Part shown: one piece after another, positions 20,162-31,122 of the stretch | How positions within the stretch are numbered: position 1 is the first letter of the stretch | Layout of the letters: each line of letters opens with the position of its first letter | IMG/VR virus record: IMGVR_UViG_3300028048_000084 | Source of the DNA: an uncultured virus (IMG/VR IMGVR_UViG_3300028048_000084) | Lineage: Duplodnaviria > Heunggongvirae > Uroviricota > Caudoviricetes | Length of the DNA stretch: 64,000 nt | Reading direction: 5' to 3' (one strand) | Position numbers and translations under genes: made by a program | Notes under the pieces: model-generated | The model's database searches: none | What the model was told of the DNA's origin: nothing | The model's input: only the letters and a program-made list of their open reading frames with translations

Positions 20162-21529
20162 TTACACATCCGTTTGATACTTTAATTTGGATAAATCATA
20201 ATAATTATATGTATGTCTTGAATTTGTATAATCTAAATACTGTCTCCTGAAATAATTAATATATGTATTGGTTAATTCCACACAATGAATATAATTCGTT
20301 TTTACATCATATAAAAACCATTTATATGTTCTGAATAATTGTTCAAAAGAATAACTTTGTTTTGGCAAAGATTCTGTTACCGTACCAAATACAAGTGCAT
20401 TTTTTACTACTGCACTCGAATCATATGATGTACCATGATAATCATTAGCAAATTCTATTTTGAATTTTTCTCTATTATTAAATTTAATTAACATAGCATT
20501 GGCTAACCAATTTTTATCCCCACCAAATGAAGTGGTTTGTAAACCGTTATCATATGTCGTTAATTCTACACCATACATATTTGTAATTCTTATATTCAAT
20601 CCCATTACAAACATTTGTGTAATCCCTGCCGTTGGATTCGGCGGTGAAAAATATAGTCCGCTACCATCATCAGCCATTGTTACATGTGCTTTACCAAAAA
20701 TACCACACATAATAGCATATAAATCATTGTACGTAGTTAATGGAATTAGAATATCTCCAAATGGGAAATATTTATTGATAATGTTTTCTTGTCTAGCTAC
20801 ACAAATTTGGAAGTCATTACCAAAATTATCTTTCGCTCTCAATCCACTATCAAAATCTCTATCTAATCTATCCATTGGTACATATCTCGTTTTTCCATCC
20901 GAACAATAACAGGATAAATGTACATTCTTTAACGGAAATCCTTCTGTATTATCATACATCTTACATTTTACCGTTTTATCCCATTTGTCTATATGGAAAT
21001 TTAAATACCATTGTCTCTTTGTTTTCCCACCTAAACCAAATTCACTATCATGATATGTAATGTAAGGATATTGATTTACTCCTAATCCATTTATTTGATT
21101 ATAGGTAATATATGGATATTGATATATTTGTTCTTGATTGTTGAAATGATAAGTAAGATACGGAGCTATATTTACTTCTTTTTCTATCTCGTGTACATCA
21201 AAATTGATATTAATCCCACGATTGACAACATTATTTCTCGATATTACATCTACAAATGCACCTAATTGTGTATGCGTTTGTGGTGTTTTCGGTATCGTCA
21301 TTACACCAAAAATTTTCGGAACAGAACAATAAGAATTTTTTGCTTTAACAATACCAAACGCTTTTTCATCTTTGATATTGCTATTCTTATTTAACATAAC
21401 ACCAAATGCTTTTGCATTATAATAGGAATTTTTACTCGTAAATATTCCTACCATTTTTGTGTCTTTTATCGCACTCTTTAAATAAGAAACAATTGCATAT
21501 AATTGTGGTTGTATATAAATTTTATCCAT
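20162..21529 (-). CDS. Tail-associated protein, paralog of 15679-16839
   Basis: Shared C-terminal ~280 aa motifs. Confidence 0.75.
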   Translation of the reverse strand: MDKIYIQPQLYAIVSYLKSAIKDTKMVGIFTSKNSYYNAKAFGVMLNKNSNIKDEKAFGIVKAKNSYCSVPKIFGVMTIPKTPQTHTQLGAFVDVISRNNVVNRGININFDVHEIEKEVNIAPYLTYHFNNQEQIYQYPYITYNQINGLGVNQYPYITYHDSEFGLGGKTKRQWYLNFHIDKWDKTVKCKMYDNTEGFPLKNVHLSCYCSDGKTRYVPMDRLDRDFDSGLRAKDNFGNDFQICVARQENIINKYFPFGDILIPLTTYNDLYAIMCGIFGKAHVTMADDGSGLYFSPPNPTAGITQMFVMGLNIRITNMYGVELTTYDNGLQTTSFGGDKNWLANAMLIKFNNREKFKIEFANDYHGTSYDSSAVVKNALVFGTVTESLPKQSYSFEQLFRTYKWFLYDVKTNYIHCVELTNTYINYFRRQYLDYTNSRHTYNYYDLSKLKYQTDV

Positions 21530-21548
21530 TTATCTCCCCACCTGCTTC

Positions 21549-22553
21549 TTACTTGATTTTATTCGTAATCGTGAAAATTGCTTTTGATAATTCTTCTTCT
21601 GTCCAATCAGAATTTTTACTAGGATTATTTAACATTATTTTACTCGCATTACCATAATAATCTTGATTTGCTAATGCTTCTTCATCATACTGCGTATCAT
21701 TTACAGAATATGCAACAGAATTATCTCCATAAGAATACGCTTGCAAACTGCCTAACATGATTGCATCAATAGATGTGTTATCATACCAATCTACCATCGT
21801 TTTTAATTTATCCATATCTATCTGATATTTTATAGTATCTCCATTTTTATCACTAACATATGTTCCATCTGTTTTTTTCTTCCACGTAGTATCATTTGCC
21901 ATTAGCTTAATCGGAAATTCAACACATTGTTTATCCGTTAAATCCGTTGTACTAAGTATGATGTTTGATATATTCCTTTGCCACACGGTATCGTATTTAC
22001 ACACACAAACATTCGTTATATACGAATCAGATGTTTTATATATTAAATATTCTCTTGTACTCACATCTATATATTTCGTCTTATCATTATTTAATAATAC
22101 AGTAATGTGCGTGGACAAATCATTACTATCGTAATATATATGAATTTTTACATTGTACAAATAACCAAAACAGAATAGTACATTTTCTATTTTTCCTATT
22201 CTCGTTGTCGTATTATCTTTTTTTGCTACATCTATATAAAAACTTCTATCATCTTTATTTAATCCAAATGATATATTCACACACTTATCATTTTTTACAT
22301 TACAACGAATGTGCGCAATACCCTTAGTATAGTTATCTTCAAATATATCATAGTTGATATATAATTCATGAATATTTGTTAATGCATTATTTTCATCATT
22401 ATTAAATATCCATCTATCAAATGATGAATTGTATAAGTTAATACTCGACTGCACAAATTTATTATGACGATTCTCTGAATTGGAAAAATTTATCCTATGC
22501 GGAAATAAGAAATCATACCCAGGATTAAAATATAAAATATTATCTTTACTCAT
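21549..22553 (-). CDS. Putative receptor-binding tail protein (YxNPGY family)
   Basis: YFNPGY, ISNII, NPS....W. Confidence 0.7.
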   Translation of the reverse strand: MSKDNILYFNPGYDFLFPHRINFSNSENRHNKFVQSSINLYNSSFDRWIFNNDENNALTNIHELYINYDIFEDNYTKGIAHIRCNVKNDKCVNISFGLNKDDRSFYIDVAKKDNTTTRIGKIENVLFCFGYLYNVKIHIYYDSNDLSTHITVLLNNDKTKYIDVSTREYLIYKTSDSYITNVCVCKYDTVWQRNISNIILSTTDLTDKQCVEFPIKLMANDTTWKKKTDGTYVSDKNGDTIKYQIDMDKLKTMVDWYDNTSIDAIMLGSLQAYSYGDNSVAYSVNDTQYDEEALANQDYYGNASKIMLNNPSKNSDWTEEELSKAIFTITNKIK

Positions 22554-22570
22554 TCATTTATCCTCCTTTT

Positions 22571-23542
22571 TTATTCACTCTGTATTGTAAAATCGGCTTG
22601 CGATAAACTATTGATATTCCATGTAAAATCGTTTGATGGATTCTTTTCTATGATATTCGTTATAATTCCTTTTTTGTCCTTGTTCAAGGTAATTGTATTT
22701 AATAATACATTATCTATTAACATTTTTACATTTCCGTTCCCATCTGTATAGGCTTTCTCGCTACCCATAGCTATACCGTATATATTCGTTTCATTGTCTA
22801 TATAATAATTCTTATTATTGAAATCAGATACATTAGCAGAATAGTTTATCTTTTGATTTGGTGAATCTGCATAGTATATATCTTTATTTTTTGTCCATGA
22901 TGTACTATCTATTTGTATAGGTACTACTATACATTTTTTGCTCTTATCTAATTCATTACTTGTAACAATATTGGAAAAATAATACGATGAATCTTTTGAA
23001 TTATTCCCTATGTATGTATTAATGATATTATTTTCTGTATAGTAAGTGCTTAAATCTACTGTATATACTTCTATATTGTTGAATTTAATCTCTATATATG
23101 GATTTTTACCGTCTTTTGTTTTTAATAATACATGCATAGATATATTCGTTAATTTATCTAAACAAAACAAATGTTCTGCCGTTAATACAGTTTTTCTATT
23201 ATCTATACTTAATACATCGTTTGAATTGGATAGATATATAGACATAGAATAGTCATCATTGTTTAATACTAAATCTATGTATTTGTAGGTTGTATTATCT
23301 GTTACCAATCTTACTATCGGTAGATATGTTTTGTTTCCATCTTTGTTTCTGTAAAAATCAAATGACATGGAATATCTATATGTGCTAAATATATTTTCAC
23401 TTTCATATAGTGGATATTGTTCATGTGGTCTTAGTTGTATGTTTGTACCTGTGATAGTATTATTAACCCCTGCTTCTTCCGAAGTATTATATGGATAGTT
23501 CTTTAATAAACTGTTGTAACCAGGGTTTGCATATAAAATCAT
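22571..23542 (-). CDS. Putative receptor-binding tail protein (YxNPGY family)
   Basis: YANPGY, FSNIV, NPS....W. Confidence 0.7.
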   Translation of the reverse strand: MILYANPGYNSLLKNYPYNTSEEAGVNNTITGTNIQLRPHEQYPLYESENIFSTYRYSMSFDFYRNKDGNKTYLPIVRLVTDNTTYKYIDLVLNNDDYSMSIYLSNSNDVLSIDNRKTVLTAEHLFCLDKLTNISMHVLLKTKDGKNPYIEIKFNNIEVYTVDLSTYYTENNIINTYIGNNSKDSSYYFSNIVTSNELDKSKKCIVVPIQIDSTSWTKNKDIYYADSPNQKINYSANVSDFNNKNYYIDNETNIYGIAMGSEKAYTDGNGNVKMLIDNVLLNTITLNKDKKGIITNIIEKNPSNDFTWNINSLSQADFTIQSE

Positions 23543-23546
23543 ACTA

Positions 23547-24479
23547 TCACTTCCTGCTTAATTCAACATAGATTTTCTTATTAGAAAATTCATTAGAAAC
23601 AAATGGTTGATTTGTACTACTATTTTTAGATACATACGTATTATTATAATTTGTTTTATTTGCTTCAGTCATAAAACTGCCTAAATTTTGTTTATCCAAA
23701 TATTGTGTTGTCTTTGTTTTATATAAATCTTCATTTTCAAGTTTTGTAATTAAGCCAAAACCTGTAATATCATTGTACATGGATTTATCCAATATTTCAT
23801 TGATTGTAAATTCTCCTGATGTATTATTGGCAATCGTTTTATGTGTATAATCGGTTGATAACATATGAATACGTTCATTGCCAATTTTAGTAGAATCATT
23901 ATAAATAATATTAGATATACAAGCATTGACATCTAAAACATAATTACAATAGAAATTAAAACGGTTTAATTTATTTACTGCACCGTTTTTCCAAAGACTA
24001 GTATCTAATAAATTTCTAGTTAAACGACCATTTACATATACTTCCATCGTAGTTGTATTACTCCACATAACATGTAATTCAAATGTATTAATTTCATTTC
24101 TCTTTACATAAATTGGGTCTGTAGCTAATGGAATTTTACCATTAGTTAAAATGTTGACTTCGTATGTATCATTCGTATATTGTTTAAAACACATTTGTAA
24201 ATTTTTATTCTGGTCTGAATCGTGATAAAAATCGAATACTTTTACCCAATCATTAATAAAAGAAGATGAACCTGTTTTTTGTGTTATAGCCATATCAAAT
24301 AAGATATAAAAATCATTTGCTAAATCAACTGTTTTATAAAATACACAATTATCACAATCATTTAAATTAAGATAATAACCTGTTGTTGATTTTTCATGGT
24401 TTATATCTATACCTATTACGTTATCATTAAAAATTTGATATTCAAATATTTGTGGAAACCCAGGGTTCGTATATTTCAT
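23547..24479 (-). CDS. Putative receptor-binding tail protein (YxNPGF family)
   Basis: YTNPGF, TFELHV, ISNII. Confidence 0.7.
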   Translation of the reverse strand: MKYTNPGFPQIFEYQIFNDNVIGIDINHEKSTTGYYLNLNDCDNCVFYKTVDLANDFYILFDMAITQKTGSSSFINDWVKVFDFYHDSDQNKNLQMCFKQYTNDTYEVNILTNGKIPLATDPIYVKRNEINTFELHVMWSNTTTMEVYVNGRLTRNLLDTSLWKNGAVNKLNRFNFYCNYVLDVNACISNIIYNDSTKIGNERIHMLSTDYTHKTIANNTSGEFTINEILDKSMYNDITGFGLITKLENEDLYKTKTTQYLDKQNLGSFMTEANKTNYNNTYVSKNSSTNQPFVSNEFSNKKIYVELSRK

Positions 24480-24495
24480 TGATATTCCTCCTTTC

Positions 24496-26241
24496 TTAAA
24501 TATTTTCTATTGCTACTGTATTCGGATTAAAAATTAACATATTACCTTCAACAAAACCAATCTTTTTACGTACACGACCTTTTGTTGTAATAGGAACAAA
24601 GGAAATTTTTCCATTATCGCCAACGTAACAATTTTTACCGTTGTAAGAAGATGTACCCAAATCAAATCTGCCACTATACATAATCGCTATATCTTGTGAT
24701 ATGCCATCTGTAGTAGCCAATACAACATTATCGCAATTAGCTATAGATTTATTATTAGCTGGTTCATATCCTGACGTTTTATAAACGAGCAAATCACCTG
24801 CATGAATTTTAATATCTGTAGTATTTGTTCCTTTATATGCAGGATTTAATTTAACCTGTTGTGTGGTTCTAGCAATTCCTGTTTTATCTTCTGCTATATC
24901 AGCATTACCTGCCCATGCATCTTCATCAACAGGTACTTTATTAGAATCAATCCAAATTTTACCACCAGGAATGTACATATTATCTGTAGCGTATAAATCT
25001 TTAGAATACAAACCTGTTCCACGAGCATAAACGTTTGTATTCTTTTTTAATTCACCTTTTTTATCATTATTTCCTACAAAGTAATTTGTATTATCATTAT
25101 CTATATCAATCTTACTATATAAACTTCTACCATCTACGCTATCTGCTAAAGCATAATTATGTTTATGTCTGTATAAAGCATTACTTGTAACTAATCTATT
25201 ATCATCAGGAGAACCGCCAATGGTTTCATCCACTCCACGAGCACAAGCATCTGCTAAAACATATCCTTCATATGTTTTATTCTTTAATCCTTGATAATCG
25301 GTTAAATTGACAACTTCTTTACCATTAGAAAATAAATGATGTTCGTCTATATAAACTAAATCCTGTGTATAAGTGGACGCTTTTGTAGCTTGTTCACTTG
25401 TACCTAGAATATATAGTTTTTTCTTTGTTGGCAAAGAACTTGTAATACCATTAATTCCCAAATTGTTTGGTAAAGAAATTGTTCTATTATGAATTTCTGT
25501 TACTAAGCCTAAACTGTTTACTGTAATATCAGGAACAGTAAATGAACCTGTTGTACCTAATGTGAAGTCACCAATTGTACCGTATTCACCTTCATTAACA
25601 GATTGTGTACGCATAGCAGTTGTGATAACTACATCATCTGCACCATCTATTTTAGCAGAACCTACAATATCACCTGTTAAGGTAACGGTAATAGGATTAT
25701 GGAATTTCTTTGCTTCATCTGCCGTACCTGTTAAATCACCAACAAATTTTGGTGCTTTCAATGTATCGTTTTCCAAACTAATTTTAGAACTTCTTCTTAA
25801 TTTGTTTGGCATAGCATCCATTGAACCAATTAATCCATATTCTGTTAAATTATCTGTAATAACATCTACAGAATTTGCATCCCCACCAGGTTTTTTACTA
25901 CCTGCATACATATGGGTATGAGATTTCATTTCCTTCTGTAAAACAGTTACATCATTTGTAATAGATTTTAATTGTGCTAGGATAGATTTTTCATCCATAG
26001 CAGAAGATGTATTTGATAAAGTGGTTAAATTATTATCTAATTTATCTACTTTTGATTTTAACGTATCATATTCTTTTGAGTGGTCAGTTTTATATGTAGC
26101 CACATAATTTTTTAATGCTTCTAAACTGGTTTTTAAATAGAATGTTCTATTTGCCAATTCTTGATTAGGAACATCATTATTTATATCAACAGAATCTATA
26201 CTAGGAGAATATATATTCTGTTCAGTTAAAATTTTTGACAC
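24496..26241 (-). CDS. Tail fibre protein, paralog of 18267-20120
   Basis: QELANRTFYLK, HTHMYAGS, NKTYEGYVL..AC.R.V, LVTSNALY, IPGG..WID. Confidence 0.85.
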   Translation of the reverse strand: MSKILTEQNIYSPSIDSVDINNDVPNQELANRTFYLKTSLEALKNYVATYKTDHSKEYDTLKSKVDKLDNNLTTLSNTSSAMDEKSILAQLKSITNDVTVLQKEMKSHTHMYAGSKKPGGDANSVDVITDNLTEYGLIGSMDAMPNKLRRSSKISLENDTLKAPKFVGDLTGTADEAKKFHNPITVTLTGDIVGSAKIDGADDVVITTAMRTQSVNEGEYGTIGDFTLGTTGSFTVPDITVNSLGLVTEIHNRTISLPNNLGINGITSSLPTKKKLYILGTSEQATKASTYTQDLVYIDEHHLFSNGKEVVNLTDYQGLKNKTYEGYVLADACARGVDETIGGSPDDNRLVTSNALYRHKHNYALADSVDGRSLYSKIDIDNDNTNYFVGNNDKKGELKKNTNVYARGTGLYSKDLYATDNMYIPGGKIWIDSNKVPVDEDAWAGNADIAEDKTGIARTTQQVKLNPAYKGTNTTDIKIHAGDLLVYKTSGYEPANNKSIANCDNVVLATTDGISQDIAIMYSGRFDLGTSSYNGKNCYVGDNGKISFVPITTKGRVRKKIGFVEGNMLIFNPNTVAIENI

Positions 26242-26888
26242 AAGTGTTCAACTCCTTTTTTATAAAATTTATCTAATAAAAAAATAAAAAAAGAGTGTAT
26301 TTTTACTACACTCCTTTTATTTAGTAAAATTTGAATTAATGGTTAATGATACTATACTTTATTTAATGATAATGATACTATACTCTATTTATACATAAAT
26401 CAATATTCACATTATTTCTCTAAAATAACAGATAACAGACAACTTACTAACATAATATACTTTACAATTTATATACAACCAATTATATATTTCCATATAT
26501 AAAAACAGATAGTTAATAGTTATATCATTAATCAATACATACATACTTTAACACAATGCAAATCTATTTCAATATCTCTATCACATATTTAAATAAACAA
26601 CGATAAACGAATTTGTTAATTCTAATTCTACTACACACAACATATACACTCTCATATAATTCACTATATATAATCTTATTTATTCATACACACAATTAAA
26701 TTATTAATATATATCAAAACAAACAGGGGTTAATTCTAATTCTACTATAGATAGTAGATACATATGCATTAATTTAACCAACGACTATTCATTATTACAA
26801 CATCATACACGTATAAAAAAGAGATAGAATGTATAATTTTCTATCTCTTTATATTCCATATACACGCACATATTCATATATTTATCAT

Positions 26889-29123
26889 TTAAGGCATCCA
26901 GTCAAAGTTTTCATTAGGTTTACCGATAGTTTCAAATTCATCAATATCATCAATACCGTTATGATTCATATCAATATAATCTTTATTATAAGGATTAATT
27001 TGAATATCAACGCCATAGAATTTATCAGGAGTATGTAAATACAGATTATTATGTTTAATAGTTCTGTTGTAATAATGATAATTTGTGTATTTCAATTCAT
27101 CTTTTCTTGTGAAATTATTTGTTTCTTTATCTATAACGGTAAAATTATGGATATGAATATTATCAACGAAAGAGCAAGTCCACGGAGAATCAGACATTTT
27201 CATTTGTTCCCAACGATGAATAGCGTAAGGCAAATTATAGAAATATTCTTTATAATATAACCATTTACCTTCTGTATCGACTATTTTCAGTTGCATTTTA
27301 TCATTAATGTAATAATGATACCTATCCAAATCTGTTTTAGTAACTGCTTTGTAATTAAATTCGATATAGAAATATTCAGGAACATATTCTCTTAAAATGA
27401 CCAATGGGGCAACGTCTTTCTTTTGTTGTTTATCTACCATCCAAACTTCTTTATCTAATGAATTAGCATTAACTACGTGAGTTAGAGAAGGTAATGCGTA
27501 TTCATTGAAATCATGGTCTAAATACCATTTACCAATATAAGTAAAATCTAATGCATCTGAAAAATATTCATCGTCAACGAACCACGGTTTAATTTTAACA
27601 ATAGTTTGATATTCTGTACGAATATCGGCATCGGTGTCGGTATAAACAGGGAATACACCAAAAACCCAAAATGTATTAGAAGCCAAACCTGTGATATTAA
27701 TTTCGTAATGATAAGTAGCATGAGTAGCAGGGACATCAACGACTTTATAAGTACCGTCATCATCATCAGTAATGTATTTATTATCCTGTTTAAACATAAT
27801 ACGTACATGGTCGATATGGTTTCTCATTTTCAAATCATAAGAAATTTTCATCGAACGAATACCATCCTCGAATTTCAGATTATACATTTCATCGTAATAA
27901 GGTTTGTAATGAATAATTTCTGCTTGTGAGTCTGTATTATAGAAATACAAATCAGGGTAAATCTGATGGTCATTATCCCAATCTTTTTTAAACTGTTTTG
28001 ATTTTATATATGGTTTAATAAAATAAGAAGTATTATTGTCAGGCAAATGAAATTTTTCATGATTTTTGAATTGATAATCAGTAATAAAGAAATCTTTTGA
28101 AGGAACGTGGTCAGAATTTAATTTGAAAATGACTTCACCAAAATCTATATCCTGATTATCTTCATAGTAAGCGTAGATAAAATCATCCGTTACCAATTGA
28201 CCTTTGTCATTTTTAATCAAATGACGATGTTGTTTATATTTGAGATTTTTCAATAATTTAGGGATATGATTAAACCATACTTTGTTATAAGTGTGAGCAG
28301 TTAGTGTGTGGAAAATCATATCATCTATGTCATGGTATTCTAAAACGTAATAATAGGCTCTACCGTCAGCGATTTGGTTATCTTGATAGGAAGTAGTGTC
28401 ATTAGCTTTAAAAGCTGATACAAAGCGATACCATGAGTTATTGATGAATTTACCTTTAGTAGTATCAGGGATGTCATTGTTATCTTTATCCTTGATAGTA
28501 TCTATAGGAGTATTATCTGCACGTTTGTATAGTTTAACAGTAAAATCATATGGATAATTAATAGGAATCCATGAAACAGTAATAGAATGTAAATCAGGAT
28601 TTGTTGTAGCGGTTAATTTATAATCGAAATCATCTAATTGATGGGTATCGACAATATCAGGTTTTCTAGCACCACAATCTTTACAGAAACGAGAAAACAG
28701 GACACTAGGATAACGTAGATTATCTTTATTGTATTTTTGTTTCTTATTACCGCAAGTATCTATAATCAAGTTTTTTGTATCTTCATTATAAAATGTCATA
28801 TCGTTCAGTAGGTTGTTATAGAATTTATGTACTCTAGCATTAGCTTCTAGTGTATGTACTTCTCCATAACCATTTACCAACATATCTTCTAATACATTCC
28901 ATTGTTGTTGAAGGTAATCTTTATCATAATTGGTCTGTTTTAAAATTTCTTCTATATAATTGTATTGATTATCTATAGCAGAACATAAAGAACAATTATC
29001 TGAATGTTCCCATATAGGTTTTGTTTCATCAACAATATATTTAGGCACGAAAAATACCCTCCTTTTCGTAAAACTTTCTAAAAATAAAATAAGCGTATGA
29101 ACTATTTTCATACGCTTAATCAA
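26889..29123 (-). CDS. Large virion protein with fibronectin-III-like segments
   Basis: 744 aa; SITVSW...YYYVL and INITGLASNTFWVFGV FN3-like patterns. Confidence 0.65.
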   Translation of the reverse strand: MIKRMKIVHTLILFLESFTKRRVFFVPKYIVDETKPIWEHSDNCSLCSAIDNQYNYIEEILKQTNYDKDYLQQQWNVLEDMLVNGYGEVHTLEANARVHKFYNNLLNDMTFYNEDTKNLIIDTCGNKKQKYNKDNLRYPSVLFSRFCKDCGARKPDIVDTHQLDDFDYKLTATTNPDLHSITVSWIPINYPYDFTVKLYKRADNTPIDTIKDKDNNDIPDTTKGKFINNSWYRFVSAFKANDTTSYQDNQIADGRAYYYVLEYHDIDDMIFHTLTAHTYNKVWFNHIPKLLKNLKYKQHRHLIKNDKGQLVTDDFIYAYYEDNQDIDFGEVIFKLNSDHVPSKDFFITDYQFKNHEKFHLPDNNTSYFIKPYIKSKQFKKDWDNDHQIYPDLYFYNTDSQAEIIHYKPYYDEMYNLKFEDGIRSMKISYDLKMRNHIDHVRIMFKQDNKYITDDDDGTYKVVDVPATHATYHYEINITGLASNTFWVFGVFPVYTDTDADIRTEYQTIVKIKPWFVDDEYFSDALDFTYIGKWYLDHDFNEYALPSLTHVVNANSLDKEVWMVDKQQKKDVAPLVILREYVPEYFYIEFNYKAVTKTDLDRYHYYINDKMQLKIVDTEGKWLYYKEYFYNLPYAIHRWEQMKMSDSPWTCSFVDNIHIHNFTVIDKETNNFTRKDELKYTNYHYYNRTIKHNNLYLHTPDKFYGVDIQINPYNKDYIDMNHNGIDDIDEFETIGKPNENFDWMP

Positions 29124-29513
29124 TTAAATGCCGTAAAATTTAATAAATTCTTTTTCAAAATCTGTTTGGAAGTTATCGAACAAGTCTCTAAACATTTTGA
29201 ATAGAATGCCACTCGAAATGCAATACCAATTATTTATAATATAGTGAAATGGATTGCATTTCAGATTACTCAATTCAAAGAAATGAGAGTGGGAACATAG
29301 AATTTTTGATGTAATCAAATCATAACAAACATTATGTATATCAATCCCATTACGATTGAAGAATAGATAAACTAGATATTTATTATGTTTTGTTTTTTGT
29401 TGATAAGAATAAAAATAATCTATATCTATATCTTCAAAATAATATTTAAATGGTTTTAATAGTTCATAGCCATCATCAGTTAAATATAAATGACTTAATT
29501 TAATCATCGACAC
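29124..29513 (-). CDS. G-(L/I/V)-COOH family protein
   Basis: Ends FIKFYGI*. Confidence 0.75.
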   Translation of the reverse strand: MSMIKLSHLYLTDDGYELLKPFKYYFEDIDIDYFYSYQQKTKHNKYLVYLFFNRNGIDIHNVCYDLITSKILCSHSHFFELSNLKCNPFHYIINNWYCISSGILFKMFRDLFDNFQTDFEKEFIKFYGI

Positions 29514-31002
29514 CGAAAATCACTTCTTTCTTAGAACGTTTTGTGAGTTGCATCAGAACTTTGATTTTTGTAAGGTATTTGTTATATTCATCAAGTAATA
29601 GGTTAAAAGTGTGTTTAACTTTTTTATATCCGTTATATCCGTCACTAGGATTGTCTTTCCAATCGTAGTTAGCTTTGGACAAACCATAAGGAGTTTTGAT
29701 GAAATAGATGTCATTTTTCATATCTTCTTCATTCAAATAATATCCGGTTTTCTGTTTATCCAATACTACATAACCGTGTTCAAATTCAAGAATTTTAAAA
29801 TCGTCGAATTTATCATAATCCTCTACATGGAAATTAGAACCTGTAGCATAATTAAAGGCAGAGAACAAAGAAGTCTGGTCATATGGTTTACTAGAAATTA
29901 TTTTAAAACTGTTATGAATATAATCAGAAGGATTATGATACGCAAAATTGAAAGCCATATTATAACGGATACTGCTATTATAGTGTTTGCTATAGGCAAG
30001 TGGAGCAGTCATTTTAACTGTTACGTCATTGGTTTTAATAACAGGTTTACTCATACGAGAATACTGACTACCAAGCATTTTCTTTACTAAAGATTGTTGA
30101 TGTGTAGACATTTTGTCAAAATCGGTAAAAAGGGCAAGTATAGTATCGTAAATGATTTTAGTTTCTTTACTATAATCTTTAATACGTTTTACGATATTAA
30201 ACAAATCCCATGCCGTATAAATGAAGAAAAATTCTTCACCTAATTTAATGCGCCCATAGATACCAGGGATATTGAACAAATGTTTTTGACGGATTTTCAC
30301 AATCTGTTTCTGCTTTTTTGTGGTTTTATTATATCCATTATAACGACCGTTCAAATTATCGGAAACATGGTCACGGAGAATACGGTTGAATAAGGACAAT
30401 ACAATGCCATTATTTTTCATTACATCTGTGTTTTCGTCAAAGTAATAAAGAGAATTAAAAACATCTTCTTTATTTAAATCCAAGTCTGTTTTTTTATAAC
30501 CAAACTGTTTTTTCTCTTTATTAATCATACTAAAAGCATAACGGCAATTATTATCAGCAAACTGTTTTTTGAAACCGTATTTCAGATATACTTTTTTACC
30601 AAAGAAATTTTTGATACATACCAAAGTATAGCTAGAATTAGATTTGGTCATAAATGGAGTGAGAATGAGAACATCATAAATCTCCAAGTCTTTATTGTTA
30701 GGGGATTCCATATCCATATCACGCATATCATACGTGCTATTATACAAATTAGTATTCATACTATAGCTATAGTAATACGTGCTAACATAAGAACCAAAAC
30801 GGCTAACATTGTTTTCCGACTGTCTTTCAATAATATTGCGATACATAACATTATCGTTATTATTCAATTTATTGCCATGAAATTTGACAATAATAGAACT
30901 GTCTTTAAACTGTTCCATAATAGTGGTAATACGATTTTTTGTGAAACTGTTGTTCAAAATTTTTTCATTCAAATCAATCAGATATTTACGAAAGGTTTTC
31001 AT
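29500..31002 (-). CDS. Hypothetical protein, paralog of 31123-32451
   Basis: ATG at 31002 after GGAGG and promoter; shared IL.NSFT, F.DFDKMS, EY.KY. Confidence 0.8.
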   Translation of the reverse strand: MKTFRKYLIDLNEKILNNSFTKNRITTIMEQFKDSSIIVKFHGNKLNNNDNVMYRNIIERQSENNVSRFGSYVSTYYYSYSMNTNLYNSTYDMRDMDMESPNNKDLEIYDVLILTPFMTKSNSSYTLVCIKNFFGKKVYLKYGFKKQFADNNCRYAFSMINKEKKQFGYKKTDLDLNKEDVFNSLYYFDENTDVMKNNGIVLSLFNRILRDHVSDNLNGRYNGYNKTTKKQKQIVKIRQKHLFNIPGIYGRIKLGEEFFFIYTAWDLFNIVKRIKDYSKETKIIYDTILALFTDFDKMSTHQQSLVKKMLGSQYSRMSKPVIKTNDVTVKMTAPLAYSKHYNSSIRYNMAFNFAYHNPSDYIHNSFKIISSKPYDQTSLFSAFNYATGSNFHVEDYDKFDDFKILEFEHGYVVLDKQKTGYYLNEEDMKNDIYFIKTPYGLSKANYDWKDNPSDGYNGYKKVKHTFNLLLDEYNKYLTKIKVLMQLTKRSKKEVIFGVDD

Positions 31003-31042
31003 TTTGTTTATCCTCCTATTTATCTCTCTTTTCTTTATACTT

Positions 31043-31071
31043 ATATTACCACATTTTTTATAATTTGTCAA
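31043..31071 (-). promoter_or_regulatory. Sigma-A/sigma70-type promoter
   Basis: TTGACA-17-TAATAT with TG extension. Confidence 0.8.
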
Positions 31072-31122
31072 CAGTTTATAAAAAAATACCACCCTCTTTA
31101 AATAGAGAGTGGTATGATTGAT

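Noticed and set aside
15679..26241. Diversity-generating retroelement or invertase shufflon acting on tail genes
   Set aside because: No reverse transcriptase or recombinase, and no near-identical TR/VR pair or inverted cassettes seen in this window.
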